A stretch of 64,000 nt of DNA from Podarcis pityusensis (lineage: Eukaryota): assembly GCA_964106645.2 (NCBI GenBank), contig OZ067040.1. The stretch is one strand, 5' to 3'. The translations under genes and the position numbers were made by a program. The notes beneath the pieces were generated by a model. The model was not told where the DNA came from. It saw only the letters and a program-made list of their open reading frames with translations, and did not search any database. Numbering within the stretch: the first letter of the stretch is position 1; each line of letters opens with the position of its first letter. Below are positions 50,493 to 62,311 of the stretch, one piece after another.

Positions 50493-53470
50493 TACATTAG
50501 CATTCTCAAGGTCTTAAAACAGGAGAATCAGCTATGTTAAAACTTAGGCAAATGTCATTTACATTGCCTTTCACCATGTCTTAAATAGGTTATATATTAT
50601 GGGTGTCTCCTTGTGCAAGGGCACCGTGAACAAATGTGAAAGAATCTTCCTGGGCACCAACAGCACATTCAACTTCTCACCCACTAATGTATTTTGGAAG
50701 AATGAAAGCTCTATGAAAGCCACCCACATCACCATATAAACCCCCATCACCACCACTACTGCCGAAAACTTCTTCAGCTCTACCTCTTAACTGATGTCCA
50801 CAGCATGAACACGAATGATTGCATAGGGACATAGACAGTATGATCCAGAAGCAAAAGAGATGCATCATTCCATGGTGGAAACAAGAAGGAAACACCCAAA
50901 GGAACCAAGGAGCCCTGCCTCTTAAACTCTAGGTAAGTGCTGGAAAGATGTTGGGATCTTCTCAGAAGTGGCTTGTTAGTTGAGGCAGAGCTGTTGTGCT
51001 AGCTTCCTGGGGATGGATGAGATGTTGTGTGGTACAAACCAGCATTCCTGCTGGAGCATTTGCATAGTGCCAACCTCCCCTCCCCCTCCTCTGGATCTTA
51101 TGCAGCTGCATCCATTGTTTTCAGTCCTGAGTGCTATGCCTATATCATGCATCACAGCATAGCTTGTTGTTGTTTTTTTTCATCTTGTGAGGTGTCCCAG
51201 GGAATACTGAAGTCCAGACAATGTGCAACAAACCCACATTCTCACTATGTGCTGAACGTTGGTTTGACCTTTTCTGCCTTCTTCAGAGAGCTATGTACTG
51301 ATCCTTAATCAAAAAGTGTTGTGGATGCTCCCTATCTGTTTTCCTTTCTCACAACACTACTTCCCTTCCCATTTGATATGTTAAGCCTATTGCCAGGTGG
51401 CAGTTTCCTCCCCCTAAACGTAGCCTCATTTATGTGCTACCTGGCCTGCTTTAGCTTTTCCTCTAGCCATGCTTCTTACAGATGGCAATCAGTTTCAAAG
51501 GAAATAGGTACCTTTTTCTAATTAAAAAAATGCTTTCCCATAAAAACTGGAATCTAGTTTCCTTCGAAATTTAGATTTCCAGTAAAAGTCCAGTTCAAAC
51601 TGGCTGACCGTTCAGTGCGTTTCCTGATCCTCTTTCTTTATTTGTTCTGCAAAGTATCTATCACTTTAGCATGGAGGTAGAGGTTAAGGATGGGTCTTCT
51701 GATCATCCATATCATGGACCTCACAAAAACCTGAGATCCATTTTCCATGCTGCCTTAATAAAATGCAAAAAAAATAAAATAAATACCTTGCTGTAGTTGT
51801 TTTATTGTTAGGCACACATAATCTTATGAATAAGCAAGCTGCTCTGCAGCCGTTCAAACCCCTCTTTCTTATCTTTCACAGAAACAAAATCTGAATAATC
51901 ATGACCATATGGAAAGCAGACTTTTCCTTCACATAGTAGTACACACACTTGTGTTGGCTTATACTAAATTGTTCAACAGTTCTACTGAACTCTTTAATGA
52001 GCAGCAGCAGAGGGATCTTCAGGTTCAACTTGTTAATTAGCCATACGGCTTCTGGCGAGTGTTAGGTCGTAAATAATTGATTTCAAAGGTGTACGGCATA
52101 CATGATATTACACAAAGATGATCTAATGAGCAAAGAGGTTTCCCAGAACCGTTTTCAAACAATACAGATGGCATAGCAACTGAATGGAACCCTGATTCAC
52201 TTGGAGGGCAACAGTATGATAGACAGAAGCATGAGACTATTTTAGCTGCTATATATATCACACACATGTATATGTGTGTGTGTAAAACTATAAATGGACT
52301 TTCACGTGCTGTAGGCTCTGATTATTGGTTTTCCAAAGGAAAGGTTATACCTGTCTATGTGATGTGAAAAGCAAATATATGATAAGTTTATTTTGCTTAC
52401 AAGATTGATTTTTTGTTTGTTGATAACCTTTTCATTACTTAGCTGACACATAATACTTTGGGAAAATGTAGGAAAGCACTTATTTTTGTGTTATGCTGAA
52501 TCTCTAGCAGGGCCTAGGAAATGTGCACATAGCAACCGAATTTCATATATTCTCTGGTCGCTGGCATAATCTCCAGTAGGCCATGGGGCATGGGTATATC
52601 AGCCAGATTTTGCACATTCTCCAGCCATCACTGAACACTCTGCAGAAGGTCTTAGGGAATGGGCATATCTTGGCTGCACTGTGACCAAAAAATGTACAAA
52701 ATTCAGGCGAGATATGCACATTCCCCAAACCTATTGGGTATTATGCATTATGGCTGGGGAATGTTAAAAATTACACATAATGAACCGGAAATGTGGATCT
52801 TTATGGAAAGATTATGTGAACATTCTCCATGAGGACTGGTGAACAATGGCCAGTTTTTATGCACATTATTTGCACAAATTACATTATACATTGTTATTTT
52901 GCTTGTTATGCCCAATCTAAAAATAAAAAATTGAGTGCAGAGGAAGAAATGGGGTCATCATAACCATTTGGCACCAAACAATAACGGCACTTATTCTGTG
53001 GTTAGGTAGGTCCTTTGTCCTATTGATTTTGCATCAGTGGCATGGTGAAAGTCTTCCCATAATTTTTAGTTTAAAAGGTGGGAACTCTAGTTGTGCACAC
53101 ATATCTGTGTTGTCTAGGCTTCAATAGAGAAATATATGTGCCATATTCCTTAGTTCTCCATACACGCAGCAGAAATAACAGATGTTTACATTTACAACAG
53201 TGCAATTGAGAGCCTTACCTTGTCTTTTTTATTATTAATTCTTGAAATGAGAAGCACTAATGATAAGCTTCAACTAGATAATTATGAGACGTTTAGTGAA
53301 TGGTGCCTTCTTAGAACATTTGTTATAGTCAATTACTTCCTGATAAGACTTGTTTTACTAGGTTTATTAATTGAATTATAATCAGTTTACACAGACTCCA
53401 TGGAAGAAATTTGTGCTGACAAGGCTTCATTTCTAAAATTATCACCTAATGGAAAATATATATGCATTTA

Positions 53471-53512
53471 TATGCATATATATGCATAACATGTTATGCA
53501 TATATATGCATA
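53471..53512. repeat. Perfect 42-bp AT-rich palindrome
   Basis: TATGCATATATATGCATAACATGTTATGCATATATATGCATA equals its own reverse complement. Confidence 0.95.
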
Positions 53513-56500
53513 ACATTTTCATAGGAACAATTAAGTCTGTGTTCAGAAATGATGTTAATAAGGCGAAAAAATGTGGGCACAATCCGAAGTAAGTCAGGCA
53601 GGCCTAAATACCATTGTATCCGATTGGATTCCAGCGCAGAAGGCCATTAAGCCCAATTGATTTTAAGGTGCCATTTTAGCAGTTGTCTTCAGGGCACCAG
53701 ATTCAACTAACCCAGGGTGCTGGTGGGAGACAGCACAGGGACTTCCGCTAGCACAAGGGGGCTTTTCTCCCTCTCATCCCATGTCCCCCCAGTGCCTCCC
53801 CAATTGGCTCTGGGGGTTTCAGGAGAATAGGAGGGTGGGAGAGAAAAGATTGTCCCATCAAGCAAGCAAAAATGGTTGTACTGACAGAGCAATCATCTTA
53901 GTGTGACACTGAATTCCATCAAGTGGGTTTTAAGATCAGAGTGTGGAGCCTAGAACACCACTGGCTACATACCGGTAGATGTTAAGAAGTAGCAGTAGTA
54001 ATGGGTGCAGTTTGTAAGAATTGCAGCAAAATTTTACAAAAATATTATGTCAATGCTGTAAAAAAAAAAAAAGGAGCAAGTTTAATGTATTTGCATTATG
54101 TGCAGGCTGATGGTTAATGTAGTTACTGTTCTTGTGGCTGAGCACAGATATTGGTTCCTCTCAGACCTTGCTTGTTCTTCAAACCTGCTTATAAATCAGA
54201 GGGGAGCAAATCTGATTACACTTCACAGGTAAGATTCACCTTCTGTTGTGTGGGCAGGGCGGTCCCTCCCCCTACCTGGCTGATGCCCTGGCAACGCCTC
54301 CCCAGGCAGGATTGGGCGATTGGCCGAGGTAGGCAGAGACCTCCAGGTATCTAGCCTGGGGAGGGTGAAGCCAGCCCGTACTACCGGGAGCCACACTGTA
54401 GTGCGAAAAAATCCATTCATCTTAAATAATTTTAATTTCATGGTGACTTATAGTATTTGGGATACTGCTGAGTGAGAGTATAGGGTGCTTGTCCATTTTA
54501 GGTCATCTTTCCCTTGCTCCCTTTTCTAAATATTTGTGGTATAAAGACAGTGATTCGCTCTCAGTTATCTGGGCTTCTCTGATAAATTGTGGGTTACAAA
54601 TGTAAGCAAAAAACAAAAACAAAACCCAAACCCAAACAAATAGTATTTAATATTGAATGCTAAACCAGCAGCATGAATTAGCAGATTGACTTAAATCATA
54701 TTAAAAAACCCCAAAACGAAACAATGCTCCTGCGTTCCACTGCACAGAAACTGCACACCATGGATCTTGAAACCAGTGCCAACGACATAACAGAATGGAA
54801 TGGCTCATCTGCTTGCTGTGGTCTTATTTCCTGGCACTGTCCCTTATGCCACCATACCAGCTGCTGTTGGCTCTACTGCATCAGAACATAGAGCTGCACT
54901 GGGGACTTCTGCGAGATTACTGGGAATGACACGGTGTGATTTCAGGGACACTCTGGGGAATTAATGATAGTCGCCATCAGCAGTCAGGATCTGGGAGGAG
55001 ATCTAGTAAGTAAAGCTTCCCTCAACCTTGACGCCCCCTCCCACCATTTCCACTGCCCTTGAACAGCAGGGCAAGATGGTGGGGGCAGGTTTTATTTCAG
55101 TCCTAATCAAACCGTGTTCCTAGGAACAGCTTAGCAATGCAGCAGTAAAGGCACTAAGAATGAAAGGAAGTAGAAAAGATGAAAAGAGCAAACTGGGTAG
55201 CTGCCTGCCTCTTCCACACTTCTTGTGCACATAACATTTCCTTAGCTATGGTAACACTGAAGCAGATCTGAGTATAAATGTCAGGATGCCAACTGACTTA
55301 ATTTATATAATGTTGAGCTCCTTTGTAAGCGTTTAGTTGTAACAAGTGTGGTGAGACTTTGGCCCACCAGATATTGCTGAACTGCAGCTCCCATCATTCC
55401 TGGCCTGCTTGCAGGGCCTTATGGGAATGGTAGTTCAGCACCATCTGGTTTCCCAAATCTGAGTCCCCAAATCTGATTTATAGGATTTCTTACCTGCCCT
55501 TCACCATAAGCTGAGATCTTGGAGAAAATTCCATCAGTATAATCCAGTATGGCATGGGGACAACAACTTCCCATCCATGGTTTCCCTCCTGAGACGGCTT
55601 TGCCATTGCTCTTTTCCTAATGGCACACTGTGGATGGAAATAGCCTCTATTAAGATTAACCAGAGTAGAGTGGTTTCAAGAAGAAATCATGGCTTGGGGT
55701 GTTCCCAGCTATTCATGCCAACCCTCAAGTTGGATTGTGTCATTGTCTCCTTTGATTTCATTGATAAGTCAAATATAATTTCAGCCAACGTAGGGTTTAC
55801 ATTTGCATTGGAGACCAGTTTAAACTCAAACAGATGTGCAATGCAGTCCTAAGCATTCTTACTTCACAGTGAATCACACCACTTTTAATGGGAGCTGCTT
55901 TCTAGTACAGACAGCCTTCCCTGTTCAGGTGCCTTCCAGATGTTTTGGACTCCAACTCCCATCAACCCAAGCAAGCATGGTCAATGACTAGAGATAAAGG
56001 GAGCTGCAGTCTAAAATATCTGGACAGCACCAGGCGGAAGAAGTCTGCCCTAGTACCCATGCATGGAATTTCAGCATTTGCTTTGGGAGCTGGGCAGGGA
56101 GGGAAATGCCTATATTTCAAGGAATGAATAAAACTATTGTTTAGAGCCATAGGCCACCACTATATCAATACAGCAAGCAATCATTTCTAACATATTCAGT
56201 GCATGTGTGTGTGTGTGTATCTACTCACAAAATGAAGCAGAAAAATAATAATCCCCACAATGTAAATCAGGAATTGCCTCTCTTCAGTGAACCATATAGG
56301 TGTTAAAATTACAATAGAACAGAAGCACATCCCACTCAGCCTTCTAAGTTTTGTTTTGTTTTGTTTTTTGTTTATCCTGGCTCATATTTTCTTAGCTGGC
56401 AGAGCACATTTCAAGAAAGAGCTTGAAGAGATTTTTGGCCAAAGGCCCCCCCTAGGGAAGGAATCATTCTTCTACATAAGATTTTTCTTCTCTTATTTTT

Positions 56501-57109
56501 AGAAAAATCCATCTGAACCATTCATTTGATATCTTAAATTTTAATCGGATGATAGAGAGTATTTCTGTGCTGGCATGAATGTCTTGAGGCATAATATCAA
56601 ATTAGTCAAAGAATTCTGAAGAGACTCTGAAATGCACTGCAAGATTCAGAAGACCAAGCTTTTACTTCTGTCAAGTGTAGGCATATCAGAGTGTTTTATA
56701 TTAATATGCTTTAAGAATGCATTTGATGACAGTATGTATCTGCCTTAAGCTATATCCGGCACTCAGCCTCTGTACATAAGCATAAACAAGCTTCTTGGAA
56801 ACAGTCACTCTGCTTTCATTAGAGAACTCAGTTGTGTCTCCTCTTTTTATAGCTCTAAGTAGAGATGAATAATTCACAATGACTATGCCATTATCAAAAT
56901 ATCTATTCTCAATAGCAATGAGGAATCCTCATCTGCCCCTTTGAGTTTGATTTTAGGGGTTCCCAACGCTGAAAAGTCTGGGACCTTACCCAGTCTATGA
57001 TAAATATTAAAACAGCTATTCTGTGTCATGCAAATTCCTTGATTGCCTTAAATAAAGTAAATTGAAATTTCCAATTTCTATTATGAACGCCTCTAAATGC
57101 TCTCCTTGA

Positions 57110-57648
57110 TTCCCCCTTCTGAAAACAGCCAATTTTAGAGCCAGTTACCTGTCAACCTCCAGCCAGCCTCATCTAGATTTGCTTTTACTGAGCTGCATGT
57201 TCAAGCTATGCCATCCACCGTCCTAGACGAACGATATAACAGGGTGCCATACGAAGACAGACTCTGCATATGTGGGCAACCACAGGTGGAAGACCTGTCT
57301 TGCACTATTTACTATAGTGCCCACTATGCAGTACATTGGACCCAGGAGATAATTTCTCACCTTACCATCCATACAGGAAAGATGTCTCTCCCCAGCAGAG
57401 AAGGTCCTATGGCATTTTACTAGTGATGTAAATGCTTCAGTGACTCATAAAGTTGCCCTTTTGCTTTGGCGGCCAAAAGGATCAGAAAGAAAACCTTGGA
57501 TATATAGCTGTGAACTGTAAGGGAGACGCAGAGATCTAAATAGAGACCATTATTTGTGGCGCGACACCCCTTTTGCTTGTATTTATTTTTGATTCAGATT
57601 TGTCATGGCCAATGGCTAATACAATAAAGTTATTTGGTTTGGTTTTGG
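57110..57648 (+). mobile_element. RTE-X-like LINE 3' fragment
   Basis: MPSTVLDERYNRVPYEDRLCICGQPQVEDL / HYLL*CPL Cys-His motif; AATAAA and a (TTGGT)n tail. Confidence 0.75.
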
Positions 57649-58661
57649 TATGAGCTTGAAATTGAGAAAGAGTGGCAGTCTAGAGGCACCCTAGGTTTGC
57701 TCTGTCCTGTGACAAGTATGAAGTGGGGTGGAAAGCAAAGTTGGAGGGTTGTAACTGATTAAAATTTGTTCTGAGCTTTTTCAGGGATCAGATCTAGCCT
57801 TCAAACAACCAGTTTGGCCAATTCTGACTTAAAAATAGGAGTAAATATAATTTGGCTTTAAAAATAAATAAACAAACAACCAACCCAGAGAAAGGAATGC
57901 TTATCTCAACTCATTATGCAGGGTGGTTCCATTAGAAATAATATAGCTTATTATAAAGGCATAGATATTGTGCACTGTTGCCCCTAACCAAAATGTTAAA
58001 TATGTATTTACCCTTTAGCTTATAGAGCTGTCAACTTAAAGAACGTATGAAATGTAATAGTCAAATTTTACTTTTGCCAGGAGAGAGCTTTCAAGAACAC
58101 CATCTGCTTGCTAATGTCACCTAACGAAATCAGGATTGCCATTTTCTTGAGCAGGTACCAAGTGATATTCCTGAGCAGAAAAGCAATATTGTCATCTATT
58201 TTGGGGTGTGTGTGTGTGTGTGATTGGAGGTGGGGAAAGGAGCCAAACAAATGTGCTGCTATTTTTGGTCTTAAATTGCTTTGCTCATTTTTCACAAGAG
58301 GAAGAATCAAATCTCATTTCAAATTATATTACCCACTTGTTAGGGCATGGATGATTACTCACCTGTGTAAAAGCTGCAGGTTTACAAAAGATGAAACACA
58401 CCCCGAAGCAGGATTTTGGAGATTATAAGAAGTGGCACTGTGGTCTGGGAGTTGTCTTCTCCGGGGAATATTGAAGTGGGTTAAGGGGATGAGCGAATCA
58501 GGTTGAAGGCTTTGACAATGAAATTTCATGTGAAAAGGTATCAAATTGGAAAAGCCTTTGTTTTGTTTTGTTCCCACTCTTTCACTTCTCTGAAACATGT
58601 ACTGTTTTTACAGAACAGTTGCTCAGCACTGGGAACCACTTGGGAAGCAAGCGGTGAGCAC

Positions 58662-59000
58662 GGACTTCCGGGGTGGCGCCATCGGTAATGGTGGACTCTC
58701 TCTGATCCGGAGGGACTGGCTCCACGGAAAACGGGTCTGTTCCGCTACGGCGAAGCGGGGACCCTTCAAAAAATCGCAGGCGGAGGAAGCCTGTGACCAT
58801 GGGACTCGGCTGGCACCTTTTGCGCCCCCCCAATCCGTAAAGGAACCCAACTGCGGGCTCCGGAGCGAAGAGGGGTTAGTGGCGCGGTGCTGAGAGTCAA
58901 CTGTTTCTTCCGTGGAGCGAAGCCGCACAGTCGTTGCCGGAGAGCGCTACCTTTTTCCTGGGACAATTTGGTTACAAAAACAACTACCCGTGAGCAGATC
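58662..59000 (+). promoter_or_regulatory. CpG-rich internal promoter-like 5' UTR of the L1 derivative (also 48290-48620)
   Basis: Both copies start GGACTTCCGG (ETS-type site), followed by AATGG(C/T)GG (YY1-like); CpG density is far above the flanks. Confidence 0.55.
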
Positions 59001-59634
59001 AAACTTGGACAATTGGACTTTAAACAACGATCTGTGAGTAGAAGGGAAAATTGGATTAGAAATTCTTCTTAATTTGGCACTGAAGCGGGAAGGTCTAAAC
59101 AGGAAGTCAGCCTTCCGTTTCTTGTAGATAGATTAAAGCAAAGACATGGCAAACTAGAGTTCAGAAAATCGTTTGTAAAGGATCAACTTTCATCATCTAA
59201 AACTACTGAACCCCCTTCGGAAGCAGGAGAAGAGGGGGGATTTTTCCCCGATGGTTTAAACTTGCAGGAGAGAGTGTAAAGAAAAGTAATTTTCCACCGT
59301 CTTGAACCTGGGAGCAGGATGTCAGGACAGACGTTTTTAGGAAGTTCATTGACTATAGACAAATGTTTTTGACAGATAGTTAAAAGAAGAGAAACATAGT
59401 GATTCCATTGTTCTCTTTCGCATTTTAAAGGAACAAATACTGACGAAATATCTGAAAAAGGAAACTTTGTTGTTAGATCTGCTGTTAAAAAAAAAGAAAA
59501 GAAAAGAGATTGATACAAATAGAAGTTCTTCCCCTAGAGGGAGCTTGTGAAACTGTTATTAAACTTGAACTGGGGAGCTTCGCAGCTGCAAACAGATTAA
59601 GATCGTGGGAACAGACTTCTGACCTTGCATAACA

Positions 59635-60267
59635 ATGTATTCAGAGGCTCTGGTGCGTGCTTTCTGTAAGACAAGTGCTTTATTGGAACAGTTACATGAG
59701 AAGACGGATTTGATGACTGTGGCGATTAGAAATTTTGGACAGGTAGTGGGTATCTATATAGAACCCACCCAGGAATCAACTCAGGAGTGTGTTCTGACAG
59801 ATCAGATGAGGGAGGAGATCGTTGTTGGACCTCGGGTGGCAGAGATGGAGGGAGCTGTGGCCCAGCAGGAACATGAGTTGTTGGATTTGACAAATGAACT
59901 TGGAAAAAGCCAGATTTGGAGAGATAGAGTTTTGTTGGGCTTGGAGATGGGGGGCTGGATAGACCCCCCTATGCAGGGATGTCTTGACTTTTCAAGTCTG
60001 GCAATGGGCCGTGAGGAGTTTGGGGTTGTGGGGGTCCCCAACTTTGGAGGGACTTTGAAACATGCTTTTAAATACCACATGGAGTTCAGTGTGGATTATG
60101 GAAAAGGGGCTGATCTGTCGAGAAGGGACAAAAATACTGTCAAGTTGGAGTTTCCACGAGTGAAAGGACCAGGAGACAAAGTAAAGTACAGGTATAAATA
60201 TGAAGAAGATCTGTGGAAGGGACATGGAAGAGACTTAAGGGCCTCGGACATAAGATTACCAGGTTAA
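59635..60267 (+). CDS. Intact 210-aa ORF in the ORF1 position; ORF1-like N-terminus, remainder unrecognised
   Basis: ACAATG start; SEALVRAFCKTSALLEQLHEKTDLM aligns with EEALVAALYKINDSLDQLHRKMDMI of the sister element. Confidence 0.5.
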   Translation: MYSEALVRAFCKTSALLEQLHEKTDLMTVAIRNFGQVVGIYIEPTQESTQECVLTDQMREEIVVGPRVAEMEGAVAQQEHELLDLTNELGKSQIWRDRVLLGLEMGGWIDPPMQGCLDFSSLAMGREEFGVVGVPNFGGTLKHAFKYHMEFSVDYGKGADLSRRDKNTVKLEFPRVKGPGDKVKYRYKYEEDLWKGHGRDLRASDIRLPG

Positions 60268-60589
60268 TGAACTAAATGGATGAGACAGAAAGGACTGACA
60301 AAACCCGGGACCAGGAGGAAGAGACGTTGGAGGAAGATTGGAAGAAAGTTTTTTAAAAAAATTCTATTTAGGATTGTTTTGTAAAATTAATGAGTATTAG
60401 AAAAATGTTGGAACAAAACTATTTGGCTTTAGCAGAAATGTTAAAAAGAACTATGCAAGAATATGTTATGGTTATGAGAAATTGGTATAAATAAGATTTA
60501 AGTTTTAACTTCTAGGGTCTTTTATAGTAAGATAAGGTTAAAATAAATTAAGGTAATTTAATGACAGAATATTATGAAAAATGGGAAGG

Positions 60590-61370
60590 TGTCAGGGGTT
60601 CAGGGACAGAGGCACAGGGTAGGCAGGAGATGGAGAGCGATGGGGATGAATCCCAGGACAGCGAGGAAGAGGATGACAATGACTCGAGAGATTCCATGAG
60701 TCTTTCCAGCGAATCAGAGGATTCCCAGAAGGGGGCGCTGGTGGTCAAGGCCAGGGGAGCCCCAGGGGGGACGTGTCAGGAGCAGGGGGCCAGCGGGGGA
60801 TCCCAAAGTGGCAGCTGGGCGTCAGGACCAGCCTCCCCGCCAGAGTGCAGCGAAGGGGGTGGAGGTTTCAGTGTATCAGGGGAAGCGGCTCCGGCAGCAG
60901 AGAAAGGAGGGAGGTCGGAGCAAGCCACCCTCCCGGAAGGGGAGGGGAGTAGTGAAGGGAGTAGTGTAGCTGTTAAAAGGAAGGTTAGAGGTTGGGCGCG
61001 CGCGCCAAGTTCAAATGTAGAGGCGCGCGGAAGTACAGGGAGCCCGGAGGAGGGGCCAGGTCCCAAAGCCCGCAGGAGGGGGGAAGAGCAGTCTGATTCC
61101 GCGTCAGAGGAATCCAGGAGGGGCGAAACCCCAGCGGGCAGAAAGACCCTGCGGAAAAGGAAAGAGAGAAAGAGGTGGAGCAGCGCAAGCCTCTTAAACT
61201 GGTGCAGGGGAGGGACGGATTCAGAGGGGACTTCAGCGGTCTAAGCCTAGCAGACGTAGGGCTGCGCGCCTCGGATGTGAAGCAAACAATGAACTGCAAT
61301 AAACACTTTTGTATATAAGAAGAGATAGGCGTTGGTCTTTTGTGAGCTGAGACTTGAGGCAGCCTTGACA
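60590..61370 (+). mobile_element. Solo LTR (781 bp) inserted in the L1 3' UTR
   Basis: TGTCAGGGGT ... AGCCTTGACA inverted ends; perfect 5-bp TSD GAAGG (60585-60589 / 61371-61375); AATAAA at ~61298; the empty site is visible in the sister element near 50260. Confidence 0.95.
60630..61244 (+). CDS. LTR-embedded 204-aa ORF (227 aa from the upstream ATG at 60561); acidic/Ser-Gly-rich with a basic NLS-like tail
   Basis: Strong Kozak context GAGATGG; no stop from the first LTR base to 61244; MESDGDESQDSEEEDD ... RKTLRKRKERKRW. Confidence 0.45.
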   Translation: MESDGDESQDSEEEDDNDSRDSMSLSSESEDSQKGALVVKARGAPGGTCQEQGASGGSQSGSWASGPASPPECSEGGGGFSVSGEAAPAAEKGGRSEQATLPEGEGSSEGSSVAVKRKVRGWARAPSSNVEARGSTGSPEEGPGPKARRRGEEQSDSASEESRRGETPAGRKTLRKRKERKRWSSASLLNWCRGGTDSEGTSAV

Positions 61371-61820
61371 GAAGGATTTGCTGTTATAATTAATAACTGG
61401 AATACAAAAAATGGAGGTTTGAGGAGGTCGATGAAATAAGGCAATGACAGTTAAGGATTTGGGAATATTGGATCTGTTTTTAATTGTTTGTGGTTTACTT
61501 TTGTTTTTTGGATTTTGATGTGTTTTGTCTTTTTTATTTTTATTGATTTGTATGGTTTGACTGCTGTTTGCTTTTCCTTTGTTTTTTCTTCTTCTTTGTT
61601 TCTTTGTTTTTTTTGTAACTTTAAAATGCTTAATAAATATCATTTAAAAGGGGGGGGGGGAAGCAAGCGGTGAGCATGAAAGCTGCAGTTATATTGCGTA
61701 TTTTAGCTGCATACAATTGACATCATTTCCATACCATTCTCATGAGCATGGGCCAAGCTCCAATTGCACGTGCAACCCGTAAACATTATTCCATTCTTCT
61801 CATAAAAGGCTCCATAACTG

Positions 61821-61822
<2 letters not shown>

Positions 61823-61859
<37 letters not shown>
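61823..61859. repeat. (AAT)n microsatellite
   Basis: Read directly from the sequence. Confidence 0.95.
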
Positions 61860-62311
61860 CTTCAATTGCTACTCTGGGATAAAATCAGATTTATTATACT
61901 GTGTTTCAAGGTAAATCTGAATCAAATTCAGCTGTGTGTAGGTCATGCACAGCTAACATAATACAGCAATGCCCAACCTCCCAGCAAATTTCCTGTACAT
62001 TCACCACCACCACCAATCCCATTGATTTTGGTAACAGTGGAAAAAATAAAACAAATGAAATAGATGCAGGGCTGGGGTGTGTCTCTCTTTACCCAGCTCA
62101 ATACCCTGATGGCAATGCAAATCACCCCCTCCCCATAGATCAGACTGGTCAGCTGAAGATGGTGTGTGTTTGTGTGTCTCTGTGTATGTCCCTGTGTGTG
62201 CTCATGCAAGAGTATGTGGATGTGTGGAAAAGCTATATGCACTGCTGGCATATGACCCCCAAGAGGATTGGCCAAGGGACAATGCAACCCTTGGACCAAA
62301 AAGATGGATAC

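Larger units (their letters stand above)
58661..61657 (+). mobile_element. Non-autonomous L1-derived (HAL1-like) element with a nested solo LTR
   Basis: 19-bp TSD GGGAAGCAAGCGGTGAGCA (58642-58660 / 61658-61676); 5' UTR and 3' UTR colinear with the 48288 element; no endonuclease or RT coding sequence. Confidence 0.9.

Noticed and set aside
58503-59072. Overlapping short ORFs in the L1 5' UTR (ORF0-like)
   Set aside because: Mostly non-ATG starts in GC-rich sequence; similarity to ORFs at 48243-48626 only reflects nucleotide homology.
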